A DNA stretch of 64,000 nt, taken from positions 21,638,001-21,702,000 of the forward strand of contig NC_086108.1 of assembly GCF_963921235.1 (NCBI RefSeq), read 5' to 3'. Source of the stretch: Mobula hypostoma (taxonomy: Eukaryota). Below the pieces are notes generated by a model. The model saw nothing but the letters and a program-made list of their open reading frames with translations. It ran no database searches and was not told the origin of the DNA. Shown here in pieces: positions 52,270 through 64,000 of this stretch. Both the position numbers and the translations under genes were made by a program. Each line of letters begins with the position of its first letter. The first letter of the stretch is position 1.

Positions 52270-52845
52270 CTTCAAAGTTCAAAGTAAATTTATGATCAAA
52301 GTACGTATATGTCACATATACTAACTTAAGATTGGGTTTCTTGTAGGCATATTCAAGAAAATAAATACAACAGAATTTATGAAAACCTTTAAATATCAAA
52401 GACTAGCAAACAGTAATGTACAAAAGACAACAAACGATAAATCACACAAACAATAAAAGTAAATATATAACACTGAGTTGTAGAGAACTTGAAAAGTAAG
52501 TTTACAAGTTATGGAGTCAGCTCAGCATTGAGGAGACTGAAGTTAGCCACGCCATGGAGGGTTCAGGAGCCCCATGGAAAAGGGTAATAACTGTTCCTGA
52601 ACCTGGTGGTGCGGTGTCAAAGGCTCCTGTATCTCCCTTCCAATTGCAGCAGCGAGAAGAGAGCATGGCCTGGATGGTGGTGGTCCTGGATGATGGATGC
52701 TACATTCTTGTGACAGTTCTTCTTGAAGATGTGTTCAATGGCAGGCAGGGCTTTGCCTGTCATGGACTGGCCTGTATCCACCACTTTTTTCAGGCTTTTC
52801 CATTCTTGGGCATTGGTAATTCCATAATACCATAAGACACATGAT
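52270..52845 (-). mobile_element. Old Rex1-like 3' remnant
   Basis: ttcaaagttcaaagtaaattt terminus; gagagcatggcctggatggtgg is the reverse of HHPGHAL. Confidence 0.65.
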
Positions 52846-53116
52846 ATGGAGGAGGAGCTTTGGAGACGATGGTGCCTAATGGCGACTCCTTTGCTTGCAT
52901 CTTCGGAAACAGCTTTATTTCTATCTTTAATATCTCTATTTTCCCCTTTCAGGGTTCGTTTGAAGACCCTGACCTGGAGTTACACGTTGATTTCGATTCT
53001 TTGTGGGAATGAGACCCACTCTCGGGGTCTCATGATTGGCTGTTATTCGATATACCAAGGATGCAGCTTAGAAGATTAGCTCACCTTCGGAGTTTCGGGA
53101 TTTCATGGCTCTGGAG

Positions 53117-54230
53117 AACTACCTGCTGAACTGTGTCTTACCTGCTGAATTGTGTCTATGCCCACCTGGACAAGCCAGTGAGCACTGTGAGGGTCATATT
53201 TTTTTACTTCTCCAGTGCGTTCAACACCATCCGCCCTGCTCTGCTGGGGGAGAAGCTGACAGCGATGCAGGTGGATGCTTCCCTGGTACCATGGATTCTT
53301 GATTACCTGACTGGCAAACCACAGTACATGTGCTTGCAACACTGTGTGTCCGACAGAGTGATCAGCAGCACTGGGGCTCCACAGGGGACTGTCTTGTCTC
53401 CCTTTCTCTTCACCATTTACACCTCAGACTTCAACTACTGCACAGTCTTGTCATCTTCAGAAATTTTCGGATGGCTCTGCCATAGTTAGATGCATCAGCA
53501 AGGGAGATGAGGTTGAGTACAGGGCTACGGTAGGAACTTTGTCACATGGTGTGAGCAGAATTATCTGCAGCTTAATGTGAAAAAGACTAAGGAGCTGGTG
53601 GTAGACCTGAGGAGAGCTAAGGTAACGGTGACCCCTGTTTCCATCCAGGGGGTCAGTGTGGACATGGTGGAGGATTACAAATACCTGGGGACACAAACTG
53701 ACAATAAACTGGACTGGTCTAAGAATACTGAGGCTGTCTACCAGAAGGGTCTGAGCCGTCTCTATTTCCTGAGGAGACTGAGGTCCTTTAACATCTGCCG
53801 GACGATGCTGAGGCTGTCTAAGTTGACTGCCATCTTGGTCAATGTCTCCCATCCACTACATAATGTACTGGGTGGGCACAGGAGTACATTCAGCCACAGA
53901 CTCATTCCTCTGCGATGCAGCACAGAGCGTCATAGGAAGTCATTCCTGCCTGTGGCCATCAAACTTTACAACTCCTCCCTTGGAGGGTCAGACATCCTGA
54001 GCCAATAGGCTGATCCTGGACTTATTTCATAATTTACTGGCATAATTTACATATTACTATTTAACTATTTATGGTTCTATTACTATTTATTACTAGTTAA
54101 TATTTCCATGACTGTTACTATTTACTAATAGTAGTATTACTATTACTATTTCTATTACTATTTATTATTTATGGTGCAACTGTAACGAAAATCAATTTCC
54201 CCCGGGATCAATAAAGTATGACTATGACTA
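53117..54230 (+). mobile_element. 5'-truncated Rex1-like LINE
   Basis: Highly similar to 27440-28620; TGGAG at both junctions (53112-53116, 54231-54235); 18-nt duplication at the 5' junction. Confidence 0.9.
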
Positions 54231-54338
54231 TGGAGGCAGGTGGACTCGAGGTCATTGCCTCTGCATGAAATCGGTGTGTCATGGGAGGCGGAAAAGATCC
54301 AAAGCAAAAAGCTGGCTGCTGGCTGTGTGCCCAGAGAC

Positions 54339-56672
54339 AACGGACAATAGATAATAGGTACAGGGGTAGGCCATTCGGCCCTTCGAGCCAGCACCACCAT
54401 TCACTGTGATCATGGCTGATCATCCACAATCAGTACCCTGTTCCTGCCTTCTCCCCATATCCCTTGACTCCACTATCTTTAAGAGCTCTATCTAACTCTT
54501 TCTTGAAAGAATCCAGAGAATTGGCCTCCACTCAGGCAGAGCATTCCACAGATCCACAACCCTCTGTGTGAAAAAGTTTTTCCTCAACTCCGTTCTAAAT
54601 GGTCTACTCCTTATTCTTAAACTGTGGCCTCTGGTTCTGGACTCCCCTAACATCAGGAACATGTTTCCTGCCTCTAGCGTGTCCAATCCCTTAATAATCA
54701 TATATGTTTCAATCAGATCCCCTCTCATCCTTCTAAATTCCAGGGTATACAAGCCCAGTCGCTCCAATCTTTCAACATATGACATTCCCGCCATCCCTGG
54801 AATTAACCCAGTGAACCTACGCTGCACTCCCTCAATAGCAAGAATGTTTTTCCTCAAATTTGGAGACCAAAACTGCACACGATACTCCAGGTGGGGTCTC
54901 ACCAGGGCCTTGTACAACTGCAGAAGGACCTCTTTGCTCCTATACTCAACTCCCCTTGTTATGAAGGCCAACATGCCATTAGCTTTCTTCACTGCCTGCT
55001 GTACCTGTATACTTACTTTCAGTGACTGATGAACAAGAACACCCAGATCTCGTTGTACTTCCCCTTTTCCTAAGTTGACACCATTCAGATAGTAATCGGC
55101 CTTCCTGTTCCTGCCACCAAAGTGGATAACCTCACATTTATCCACATTAAACTGCATCTGCCCACTCACCCAAGATGTCCAAGTCACCCTGTATTCTCAT
55201 AACATCCTGCTCACATTTCACACTGTCACCCAGCTTTGTGTCATCTGCGAGTTTGCTAATGTTACCTTTCATCCCTTCATCTAAATCATTAGTGTATATT
55301 GTAAATAGCTACGGCCCCAGCACAGAGCCTTGCAGTACCCCACTAGTCACTGCCTGCCATTCTGAAAGGACCTGTTAATCCCTACTCTTTGTTTCCTGTC
55401 TGCCAACCAATTTTCTATCCATGTCAGTACCCTACCCCCAATACCATGTGCTCTAATTTTGCCCACTAATCTCCTATGTGGGAGCTTATCAAAGGCTTTC
55501 TGAAAGTCCAGGTACACTACACCCACTGGCTTTCCCATGTCCATTTTCATAGTTACATCCTCAAAAAATTCCAGAAGATTAGTCAAGCATGATTTCCCCT
55601 TCGTAAATCCATGCTGACTCGGACCTATCCTGCTACTACTATCCAAATATGCCACTATTTCATTTTTTATAATTGACTCCAGCATCTTGCCCACCACTGA
55701 TGTCAGACTAACTGGTCTATAATTGCCTATTTTCTCTCTCCCTCCTTTCTTAAAAAGTGGGATAACATTAGCTACCCTCCAATCCTCAGGAACTGATCCT
55801 GAATCTATAGAACATTGGAAAATGATTACCAATGCATCCACGATTTCTAGAGCCACCTCTTTAAGTACCCTGGGATGCAGACCATCAAGCCCTGGGGATT
55901 TATCACTCTTTAGTCCCATCAGTTTACCCAACACCATTTTCTGCCTAATGCAAATTTCCTTCAGTTCTTCCGTTACCCTAGGTCCTCTGGCCATTGTTAC
56001 ATCTGGGAGATTGTTTGTGTCTTCCCTAGTGAAGACAGATCCAAAGTACCTGTTAAGCTCGTCTGCCATTTCCTTGTTCCCCATAATAATTTCACCCGTT
56101 TCTGTCTTCAAAGGCCCAACTTTGGTCTTAACTAATTTTTCCCTCTTCACATACCTAAAGAAGCTTTTACTATCCTCCTTTATATTCTTGGCTAGCTTAC
56201 CTTCGTACCTCATCTTTCCCCCCCATATTGCCTTTTGAGTTATCTTCTGTTGCTCCTTAAAAGTCTCCCAGTCCTCTGGCTTCCCACTCATCCTTGCTAT
56301 GTTATACTTCCTCTCTTTTGTTTTTACACTGTCCTTGACTTCCCTTGTCATCCACGGTCGCCCCTTACTCCCCTTAGAATCTTTCTTCCTCTTTGGAATG
56401 AACTGATCCTGCACCTTCTGTATTATTCCCAGAAATACCTGCCATTGTTGTTCCATTGTCATCCCTGCTAGGGTATCTTTCCAGTCAACTTTGGCCAGCT
56501 CCTCCCTCATGGGTCCACAGTCCCCTTTGTTCAACTGTAATACTGACACTTCCGATTTTCCCTTCTCCATCTCAAATTGTAGGTTAAAACTTATCATATT
56601 ATGGTCACTACCTCCGAATAGCTCCTTTACCTCGAGTTTCCTTATCAAATCTGGCTCATTACACAACACAAA
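54339..56672 (-). mobile_element. 5'-truncated CR1 of a different subfamily
   Basis: ORFs 55347-56678 and 54492-55187: [34 protein letters not shown]. Confidence 0.93.
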
Positions 56673-57129
56673 ACCCAAGTTCTTTGGGCACAGAGTTCAG
56701 AAAAAGCAACACAATGGACTTTTAACATCATAAACCAGCGAGTTGTTTGTTATGTCTCCCCTCACGCTGTGAAACGGAGACGTCTCTTCTTCCCTTATTA
56801 TAGAGAGAGAGAGCCTGTGGTATGTCGAATACTGAGTGAACGAGTAGTATTTGGAGTACTGCAAGTCTGTGTCTTTGCTGTTGCTTTGCTGCACACTTGA
56901 GTGCTCAGTGAGGGGTGCCGACGCTTTTTTTTTGCCAGTGGGGAAGGGAGGATCGTTGCATTGCTGCTGCTTATGTGTGGGAGTGGGGAGCTGGGGGGAG
57001 GCTTTGGGGTTCTAACATTTAACTGTTATTCACTCTTTGGGGCACTCCTGTTTTTGTGGATGGTTGCGAAGAAAAAGAATTTCAGGATTTATATTGTATA
57101 CATTTCTCTGACATTAAATGTACCTTTGA

Positions 57130-57625
57130 CACACAGTCAATGGCCACTTTATTAGGTACACCTGCTTGTTAATGCAAATATCTAATCAGTCAATCACATG
57201 GCATCAACTCAGTGCTTAAAAGCACGCTGACAGGCTCAAGAGGTTCAGTTAACCTAACCAGATATCAGAGTGAGGAAGAAATGTGATCTAGGTCACTTTG
57301 ACTGTGGAACAATTGTTGGTGCCAGATGGAGTGGTTTGAGTATCTCAGAAACCAATGATCTCCTAGGATTTTCAAGCACAGCCAGTTTCTAGAGTTTATG
57401 GAGAATGGTGCAAAAAACAAAAAAACATCCAGAGCGGCAGTTCTGTGGGCAAAAACACCTTGTAAATGAGAGAGGTCAGAGGTGAATGGCCAGATTGGTT
57501 CAAGCTGACAGAAAGGCGACATTAACTCAAATAGTAGTGTGCAAAAGAGCATCCCTGAATGCACAGTTTATCAAACCTTGAAGAGGATGGGCTAAAGCAG
57601 CAGAAGACCACGAACATAAAACCAG
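57130..57625 (+). mobile_element. Tc1-like remnant (left end and decayed transposase N-terminus)
   Basis: Start tggccactttattaggtacacc; ggaacaattgttggtgccagatgg (GTIVGAR.) HTH-like remnant; no right TIR seen. Confidence 0.55.
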
Positions 57626-57649
57626 TGTTTTTTTTTTACATACAACAGG

Positions 57650-58830
57650 TACAGAATAAAGTAGCCATTGAGTATAAGAGCAAAATTGGGCCATTCGGCC
57701 TATCGGGCCTGTCGGCTATTCCATCATGGTTGAATTATTATATCTCTCAACCCTATTCTTATGCCTCCTCCGCATAGCGTTTGACACCCTTACTGATCAA
57801 AGGCCTATCAACCTCCGGTTGAAATATATTCAATGACTTGACCTCCTCAGCCGTCCATGGCAGTGAGTTCCACAGATTCTCCACCCTCTGACTAAAAAAA
57901 AAATTCATCCTCATCTTTGTCCTAAAGGTGCATTCTTGTATTCTGAGGCTCTGCCGCATGGTCCAAGACATACCCCACTATCCACGTCCACTCTATCAAG
58001 GCCTTTCAATATTCGATTGATTTCAATGAGACCCCGCCTCTTATTCTTCGAAGCTCCAGCAAGTACAAGCCCAGAGCCATCAAACGCTCCTCATATGTTA
58101 ACCCTTTCCTTCCCAGGAGCTTTCTCGTGAACCTCCTCTGAACTCTCTTCAATGCCAGCACATTCTTTCTTAGATAAGAGACCAAATTTCAAATGCCATC
58201 TGATCAATGTCTAAAAAGCATCAGAATTACAATTTTGCCTTTGTATGCTGATCCTAATGCTAACATTGCATTTGCCTTCATTACTACAGACTTAACCTAC
58301 AAGTTAACCTTTAGGGAATCCTGCAGTCGGTTAGCCAAGATCCTTTGCACTATGGATTTCTGAATATTTTGCCCATTTAGTACACCATCTACGCCTTTAT
58401 CCCTTCTACCAAAGTGCTTGACCATATACTTCTCTATACTGTATTTCATCTGCCATTTCTTTTCCCATTCTCTTAATCTATCAAAATCCTTCTGCAGACT
58501 CCGTTTCTTCAACACCACCTGTCCCTTCACCTATTTTTATATTGTCTGCAAACTTAGCAACAAAGCCATCAATTCTGTCATCCAAATCATTGAGGTATAA
58601 CGTGAAAGAAGTGGTCCCAACACAGAGGCCTGCATAACACCACTAGTCACCAGCAGTCAACCAGAAAAGGCCCCCTTTATTTCCACTCTTTGTCTCCTGC
58701 CAGTCAGCCAACCTTCTATCCATGCTAGAATATTTCCTGTAATATCATGGACTCTTTTCTGGTTAAGCAGCCTCATGAGCAGCACCTTGCCAAAGTCTTC
58801 TGAAAATACAGGTAAACAACATCTGACTCT
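57650..58830 (-). mobile_element. Degenerate CR1 fragment
   Basis: FFSQRVENLWNSLP, LQKDFDRLREW, WIEGWLTGRRQRV. Confidence 0.8.
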
Positions 58831-58869
58831 CCTTTGACAAAATAACAGCAGAATAGACAAAGAATTCCA

Positions 58870-59750
58870 ACAGATTTTTATAAATGAACTGGAAGAAGAA
58901 GTAGAAGGGTGGCTTAGTAAGTTTGCTGATGACACAAAGGTTGGAGGTGTTGTGGATTGTCAGAAGTTACAGTGGGACTGGGCTGAGAAGTGCCAGATGG
59001 AGTTTAATCCAGATAAGTGTGAAGTGGTTCATTTTGGTAGGTCAAATTTGAAGACAAAATATAATATTAAAGGTAAGACTCTTGGCAGTGTGATCCATGC
59101 CCACAGGACACTCAAAGCTGCTGCACAGGTTGACAGTGTTGTTAAGAAGGCTTTTATCAACTGTGGATTGAACTCAAGAGCCGTGAGGTAATGTTACAGC
59201 TATACAAGACCTTAGTTAGACCCCACTTGGAGTAGTATGTTCAGTTTTTGGTCATCTCATTACAGGAAGGATGTGGATGCCATGGAGAGAGTGCAGAGGT
59301 GATTTACAAGGATGTTGCTTGGATTGGAGAGCCTGCCTTATGAGAATAGGCTGAGTGAACCTGGCCTTTTCACCTTGGAGCGACGAAGGATGAGAGGTGA
59401 CTTGATAGAGATGTATAAGATAATGAGATGCATTGATCGTGTGGAGAGTCAGAGGCTTTTTCCCAGGGCTGAAATGGCTAACAAAGGAGGCATAGTTTTA
59501 AGGTGCTTGGAAGTAGGTACAAGGGGAAGTCAGAGGCAAGTTTTTCACACAGACAGTGATGGGTGTGTGGAATGCACTGCCAGCAAAGGTGGTACAGCCG
59601 AATATAATATGGTCTTTTAAGAGACTCAGACAGAGCTTAGAAAAATAGATATGCAGTAGGGAAATTATAGGCAACTTCTAGAGTAGGTTATATGGTCAGA
59701 CCAACATTATGGGCTGAAGGGCCTGAAACTTGCTGTAGATGTTCTGTTCT
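58870..59750 (+). mobile_element. Degenerate CR1 3' fragment
   Basis: aagtttgctgatgacacaaag (KFADDTK), QMEFNPDKCEVVHFG, LERRRMRGDLIEMYKI. Confidence 0.85.
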
Positions 59751-59829
59751 ACATTTCAATGAGGTATGGACATGTACTCCCAGAACAATCTAGTAGACTT
59801 TTATTTCATGCTGTCAAAAATGCTTAGGA

Positions 59830-60665
59830 GAATCAATGGCACCTAACGGTGACTCCTTTGCTTGCATCTTCGAAAACAGCTCTTTTTCTATTTTTCTTTT
59901 GAAGACCCTGGCCTGGAGTTCCATGCTGACTACAATTCTTTGCAGGAATGGGACCCGTTCTTGGGGTTTCACAAATGGCCGTTATTCGGCACGCCAAGGG
60001 CGCAGCTTAAGAGCTTCGCTCATCTTTGGAGGGCTGAGATTTCATAGCTCTGGAGACGGGGTCATTGGAGGTCAGTGTCCGGGCAGGAGATTGGTGTGTC
60101 ATGGGAGTCGGAAGATCTAAGGCTGTGTGCCCAGATCTTTGGGCTCAGAACTCCGAAAAAGCGACGCAACAGACTTTTAACATCGTAAACCATTGAGTTG
60201 TTTATTATGTCTCCCCCTCGTTGTGAAGCAGAGACACCTCTTCATCCCTTATTAGGGAGAGGGAGAGAGAGAGGGAGGGGGAGGGGGAGAAGGAGAGAGA
60301 GGGAGGGGGGAGAGGGGGGAGGGGAGGGAGGGAGAAGAGGTGGAGAGGGGGGGGAGGGAGAAAGAGAGAGGGGGAGAGGGGGGGAAAGGGGGAGGGAGAG
60401 GGGGGAGGGGGGAGAGAGAAAAAGAGAGAGAGAGAGACTGACGGTGTCTTTGCTCACACGTGAATGCTCAGTGGCAGGTGCTGATGCTTTTTTTTGCCAG
60501 TGGGGGGAGGGTGGAATCATTGCTTGCTGCCGCTTACACACGGGAGGGGGGAGCTGGGGGGGTTGGGGGCACTCCTCTGTTTTCGTGGATGGTTGTGAAG
60601 AAAAAGCATTTCAGGGTGAATATTGTATATATTTCTCTGACATTAAATGTACCTTTGAAATCTTT
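59830..60665 (+). mobile_element. Non-coding interspersed element with an internal GA/G-rich expansion (60256-60437)
   Basis: Collinear with 52846-57128, where the same position has only a short (GA)n. Confidence 0.75.
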
Positions 60666-60892
60666 GAAATGTAGCAGAGAGAATAAACCACACCTGGCGT
60701 TTGACAACTGTTAACCATTTCTGGTTGAAGAACATAACATAATTTTGAGGCCTTATGAAATTGGCATCATTTTCAGTCACATTCAAATGTCAGCATATTT
60801 CAATCACATCTGGAAGAAGATGGCAGCAGCAAACATCCCCAACACAGGTGACTGTTTCTTTCACGTCTTCTTTTTCTTTTATATATTATTAC

Positions 60893-61615
60893 ATTAGATT
60901 AGATTCAACTTTATTGTCATTGCCGAGTACAGATACAAAGCCAATGAAATGCATTTAGCATCTGACCAGAAATGCAAAGAATAGTGTTACTTACAAAATA
61001 ACTGCGAATAAAGAAAGTGCCACAGCACACAAATATAAAAGTACTGAGACAGTACAATACGGAAGCAATACTGCTTAGCACTGTGATGAGAGGTTCAGCA
61101 GTGTCACAGCCTCAGGGAAGAAGCTCTTCCTGTGCCAGCTGGTGCGGGAGCGGAGACTCCTGTAGCGCCTACCGGATGGGAGGAGAGTAAAGAGTCCATG
61201 GTTAGGGTGACATGCATCCCTGATAATGCTTTTCACCCTGCCCAGGCAGTGTTTATGGTAGATGTTCTCAATGGTGGGCAATTGGGTGCCGATAATCCAC
61301 TGGGCAGTTTTCACCACATGCTGGAGTGCTTTGCGGTCTGATACAGGACAATTGCCATACCACACTAAGATACAGTTGGTGAATATGCTCTCAATGGTAC
61401 AGCGGTAAAAGTCTGTCAGTATCCTGGGACAGAGGTGAGCTTTCTTCATGCTCCACAGGAAATAAAGGCACTGTTGCGCCTTTTTGATCAGGATGGAAGA
61501 GTTCAGGGACCAAGAGTCGTCTGCGAACTTGGTTATGGAGCTAGAACCATGTACAGGAACGCAGTCATAGGTGAAAAGAAAGTACAGAAGAGGGCTCAGC
61601 ACTCTTATAACAATA
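60893..61615 (-). mobile_element. Second Rex1-like family fragment
   Basis: ORF 61075-61623: KFADD, KKAQQCLYFL, FYRCTIES, HPNHGLFTLLPSGRRYRS. Confidence 0.87.
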
Positions 61616-62511
61616 CGGAACATTATGGTTCTGGTACTGTTGGAGCCTGTGATCTACAGTTTGTTTTCAGGCCGATTAAGCAATCTGGTGTTTTGCTATC
61701 CCCAAGAAGTTCCGGGAGGCAAGCAGCCTTGAGGCCAAGAAGCTTAGAAACCATGATCATCTCCATTTCTCATTGATCTTGCCAATTAAAAGTGTTGAGG
61801 AAGACTGAAACATCGAGACAAGTACGAAAGGCTTGTTAAACCTAAAGTGTTAAACGCCCTCTCACTCACTGCTGCCAGCAGAAGGTGTTGGTACGTGACA
61901 GTCTTTCTCCCTCCCTCTCGCTCACTGCTTCCAAGGGGAGGTCCCTGCATTTGAATGGGGTTGATGTTCTTGTTGCTGTTTTTGTGATTTTTTTTGCACG
62001 GGAGGGAGCTGATGTTTTTCTTTGAACACGTTCCATGGTTTTCTTTGTTTCATAGCTGTCTGTGGAGAAGATGAATCTCAGGGTTGTACACTGCGTACAA
62101 TAATAATAAATGTACTTTGAACTTGTGCTTCCAATTATTCAGGTAGTGGAATTTCATTTTTTTTAGATTATGAGGACACTCAGTCCTCATTTATTGTCAT
62201 TTAGAAATGCATGCATTAAAAAATAATACAATGTTCCTCCGGAATGATATCACGAGAAACACAGGACAAACCAAGACTAAAACTGACAAAACCACATAAT
62301 TATAACATATAGTTACAACAGTGCAAAGCAATACCGTAATTTGATAAACAGCAGACCAATTATCACAAATGCATGTCCTCTGGTTAACAATCATCCAAGT
62401 AGTGTTTCTGTTTAAGTTAACTAGCTAAGAGGAAAGTTTTCACCACAGTGTGAACAACCAAACAGCTCAACTCATCTGTGGCTAAAGACAGGATGAATTA
62501 TTAGTACTTAC

Positions 62512-62579
62512 AAATGGATTGTTCTTCAAAGCTTCAAACATGTTACTGGAATCATTCAGCTCTTCAAACAGCAATGATT
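62512..62579 (-). CDS. ATF6: ATF6 coding exon (human exon 2 equivalent), peptide SLLFEELNDSSNMFEALKNNPF
   Basis: Minus-strand acceptor ttttttgttaattatag and donor gtaagt; 68 nt, phase 1->0, joins the next exon in frame; resembles human [26 protein letters not shown] (recalled). Confidence 0.8.
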
Positions 62580-63037
62580 CTATAATTAACAAAAAATTGA
62601 AATCATAAACCTGCACAGAGGTGGATTTTTGGCATATAATGCAAAATTCATTTTTATATTGATTTCAGTAGTAAAATAGAGAATGATCTGAATAATTAAA
62701 GACTACTACCTCTTAAGTTGTAATGGTCTTAAATGCACTAAAATATCTCCTGTTTGGATTTTTGTATTCTTCAATTCTATTAGTTCCCCCAGATACCAAT
62801 TTGAGAGTTCTAACAGCTGAAACCAATATTTCTCTCCTCTGTCCAATATCATAGTTGATTGAGGGGGCCTCATGATGGGGCAAACAGGCTGCATTCCCCA
62901 CACCACAGTGGAGATCACACATCAAAAGCTCTTTATTGGCTGTGAAGTGTACCAGTTCATCAAACAGTTGTAAAAGAGGAGTGATACATGAAAAGTCTAC
63001 GTGAAAATAGCAGTTGCTTGACTATGAGATTTGGCTA

Positions 63038-63182
63038 CACATACAAAATACTGCAGAACTCCAGGGTCTTGGCCCGAAACGTTGACTATTTTCTCTTTTC
63101 CATAGATGCTGCCTGCCTGCTGAGTTCCTCCAGCATTTGGTGCATGGCTTGGATTTTCAGCATCTACAGACTTTCTCCTGTT
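63038..63182. mobile_element. Older fold-back PLE-tail insertion
   Basis: Short inverted arm then gggtcttggcccgaaacgttgact; 15-bp TSD TATGAGAYTTGGCTA at 63023-63037 and 63183-63197 (1 mismatch). Confidence 0.75.
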
Positions 63183-63409
63183 TATGAGACTTGGCTAATG
63201 CTTATTGATGCATAAAACACGTTGCTGTTATTTTTTTTAATTTCCGTAATTTACTTGAAGCTCACTATTCTTTGGTGTTAACAATCAGCTCTCTCAGTAA
63301 TGCAGGGTATTGATGGTTGGAGATGAAAAGCCTGTTGGCAGAAATTATTATACTAGAACAACTACTACTTGGCAAAGAGACCTTTTTCCAATCATACATC
63401 AGCTCAGCA

Positions 63410-64000
63410 TTCATTACCATCATCCCTTCAAAACTCATGAATAAATTCCTAAACCTTAGCCACAATACCTCCTGTGCAATTGGATCTTTGATTTCCTCAC
63501 TTGCAGCTCCCAGTCAGTTCAGATTGGTAACATCGTCTCCTCGATCACCAGTAGCACACGTGCACCACAGGGCTGTGTGCTTAGCCCCCTGCTCAACTCG
63601 CTTTACACTTATGACTATGTGGCTAATGCCAAATTCAAATTTGTTGAAAACACTACTGCCATAAACTGAATCAAAGGTTGTGACGCATCAGCATATAGGA
63701 GGAAGAATGAAAATCTAGCTAGGTGGTGCCATAACAACAACCTCTTACTCAATGTCAGCAAGACTAAAGAGCTGGTTACTGACTTCAGAAGAAGGGAGCC
63801 AACGGTCCATGAGCCAGTCTTCATCGGAAGACCAGAGGTGGAAAGGGTCAGCAACTTTAAATTCCTCAGTATTATCATTTCGGAGGTCCTGTCCTGGGCC
63901 CAGCACATTAGTGCAATTATGAAGAAAGCACAGCAGCACCTTTCCTTCCTCAGGAGTTTGCAAAGATTTGGCATGACATCTAAACTTTTGACAAACTACT
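63410..64000 (+). mobile_element. Old Rex1-like RT fragment running off the window
   Basis: ccacagggctgtgtgcttagcccc (PQGCVLSP), WCHNNNLLLNVSKTKEL, KKAQQHL. Confidence 0.8.

Larger units (their letters stand above)
52846..57128 (+). mobile_element. Non-coding interspersed element (same family as 59830-60665) split by Rex1 and CR1 insertions
   Basis: Pieces 52846-53116, 54231-54338 and 56673-57128 are collinear with 59830-60665; shared end catttctctgacattaaatgtacctttg. Confidence 0.75.

Noticed and set aside
62703..62713. Minus-strand AGAGGTAGTAG resembling the let-7d 5' end
   Set aside because: The match stops after 11 nt and no precursor hairpin is evident.

Overview
Eukaryotic vertebrate DNA; the repeat repertoire suggests a cartilaginous fish, probably a ray (inference). 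The window lies inside one host gene on the minus strand, ATF6 (ER-stress bZIP factor, probably the alpha paralog). Five short coding exons, equivalent to human exons 2-6, sit at 62512-62579, 51085-51196, 48650-48729, 46409-46529 and 20953-21135. They have canonical AG/GT ends and compatible phases, and none appears in the ORF track. Exon 1 and exons 7+ were not found and probably lie outside the window. The introns are mostly transposable elements: CR1 LINEs, Rex1/Babar-like LINEs, a full-length L1, a Hero-like RLE retrotransposon in partial tandem, Penelope-like elements (PLEs) with minimal hammerhead ribozymes, a Tc1, a Tigger3-like pogo element, a hAT remnant and a tRNA-derived SINE, often nested with readable target-site duplications (TSDs). 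Most notable: (i) TSD-flanked fold-back PLE insertions whose inversion point falls in the hammerhead; (ii) a Tigger element resembling mammalian Tigger3/Golem, a possible horizontal transfer; (iii) Rex1 tails at the same CR1 site and at CR1 deletion junctions. Family names come from motif recognition, not database searches, and boundaries of old repeats are approximate.
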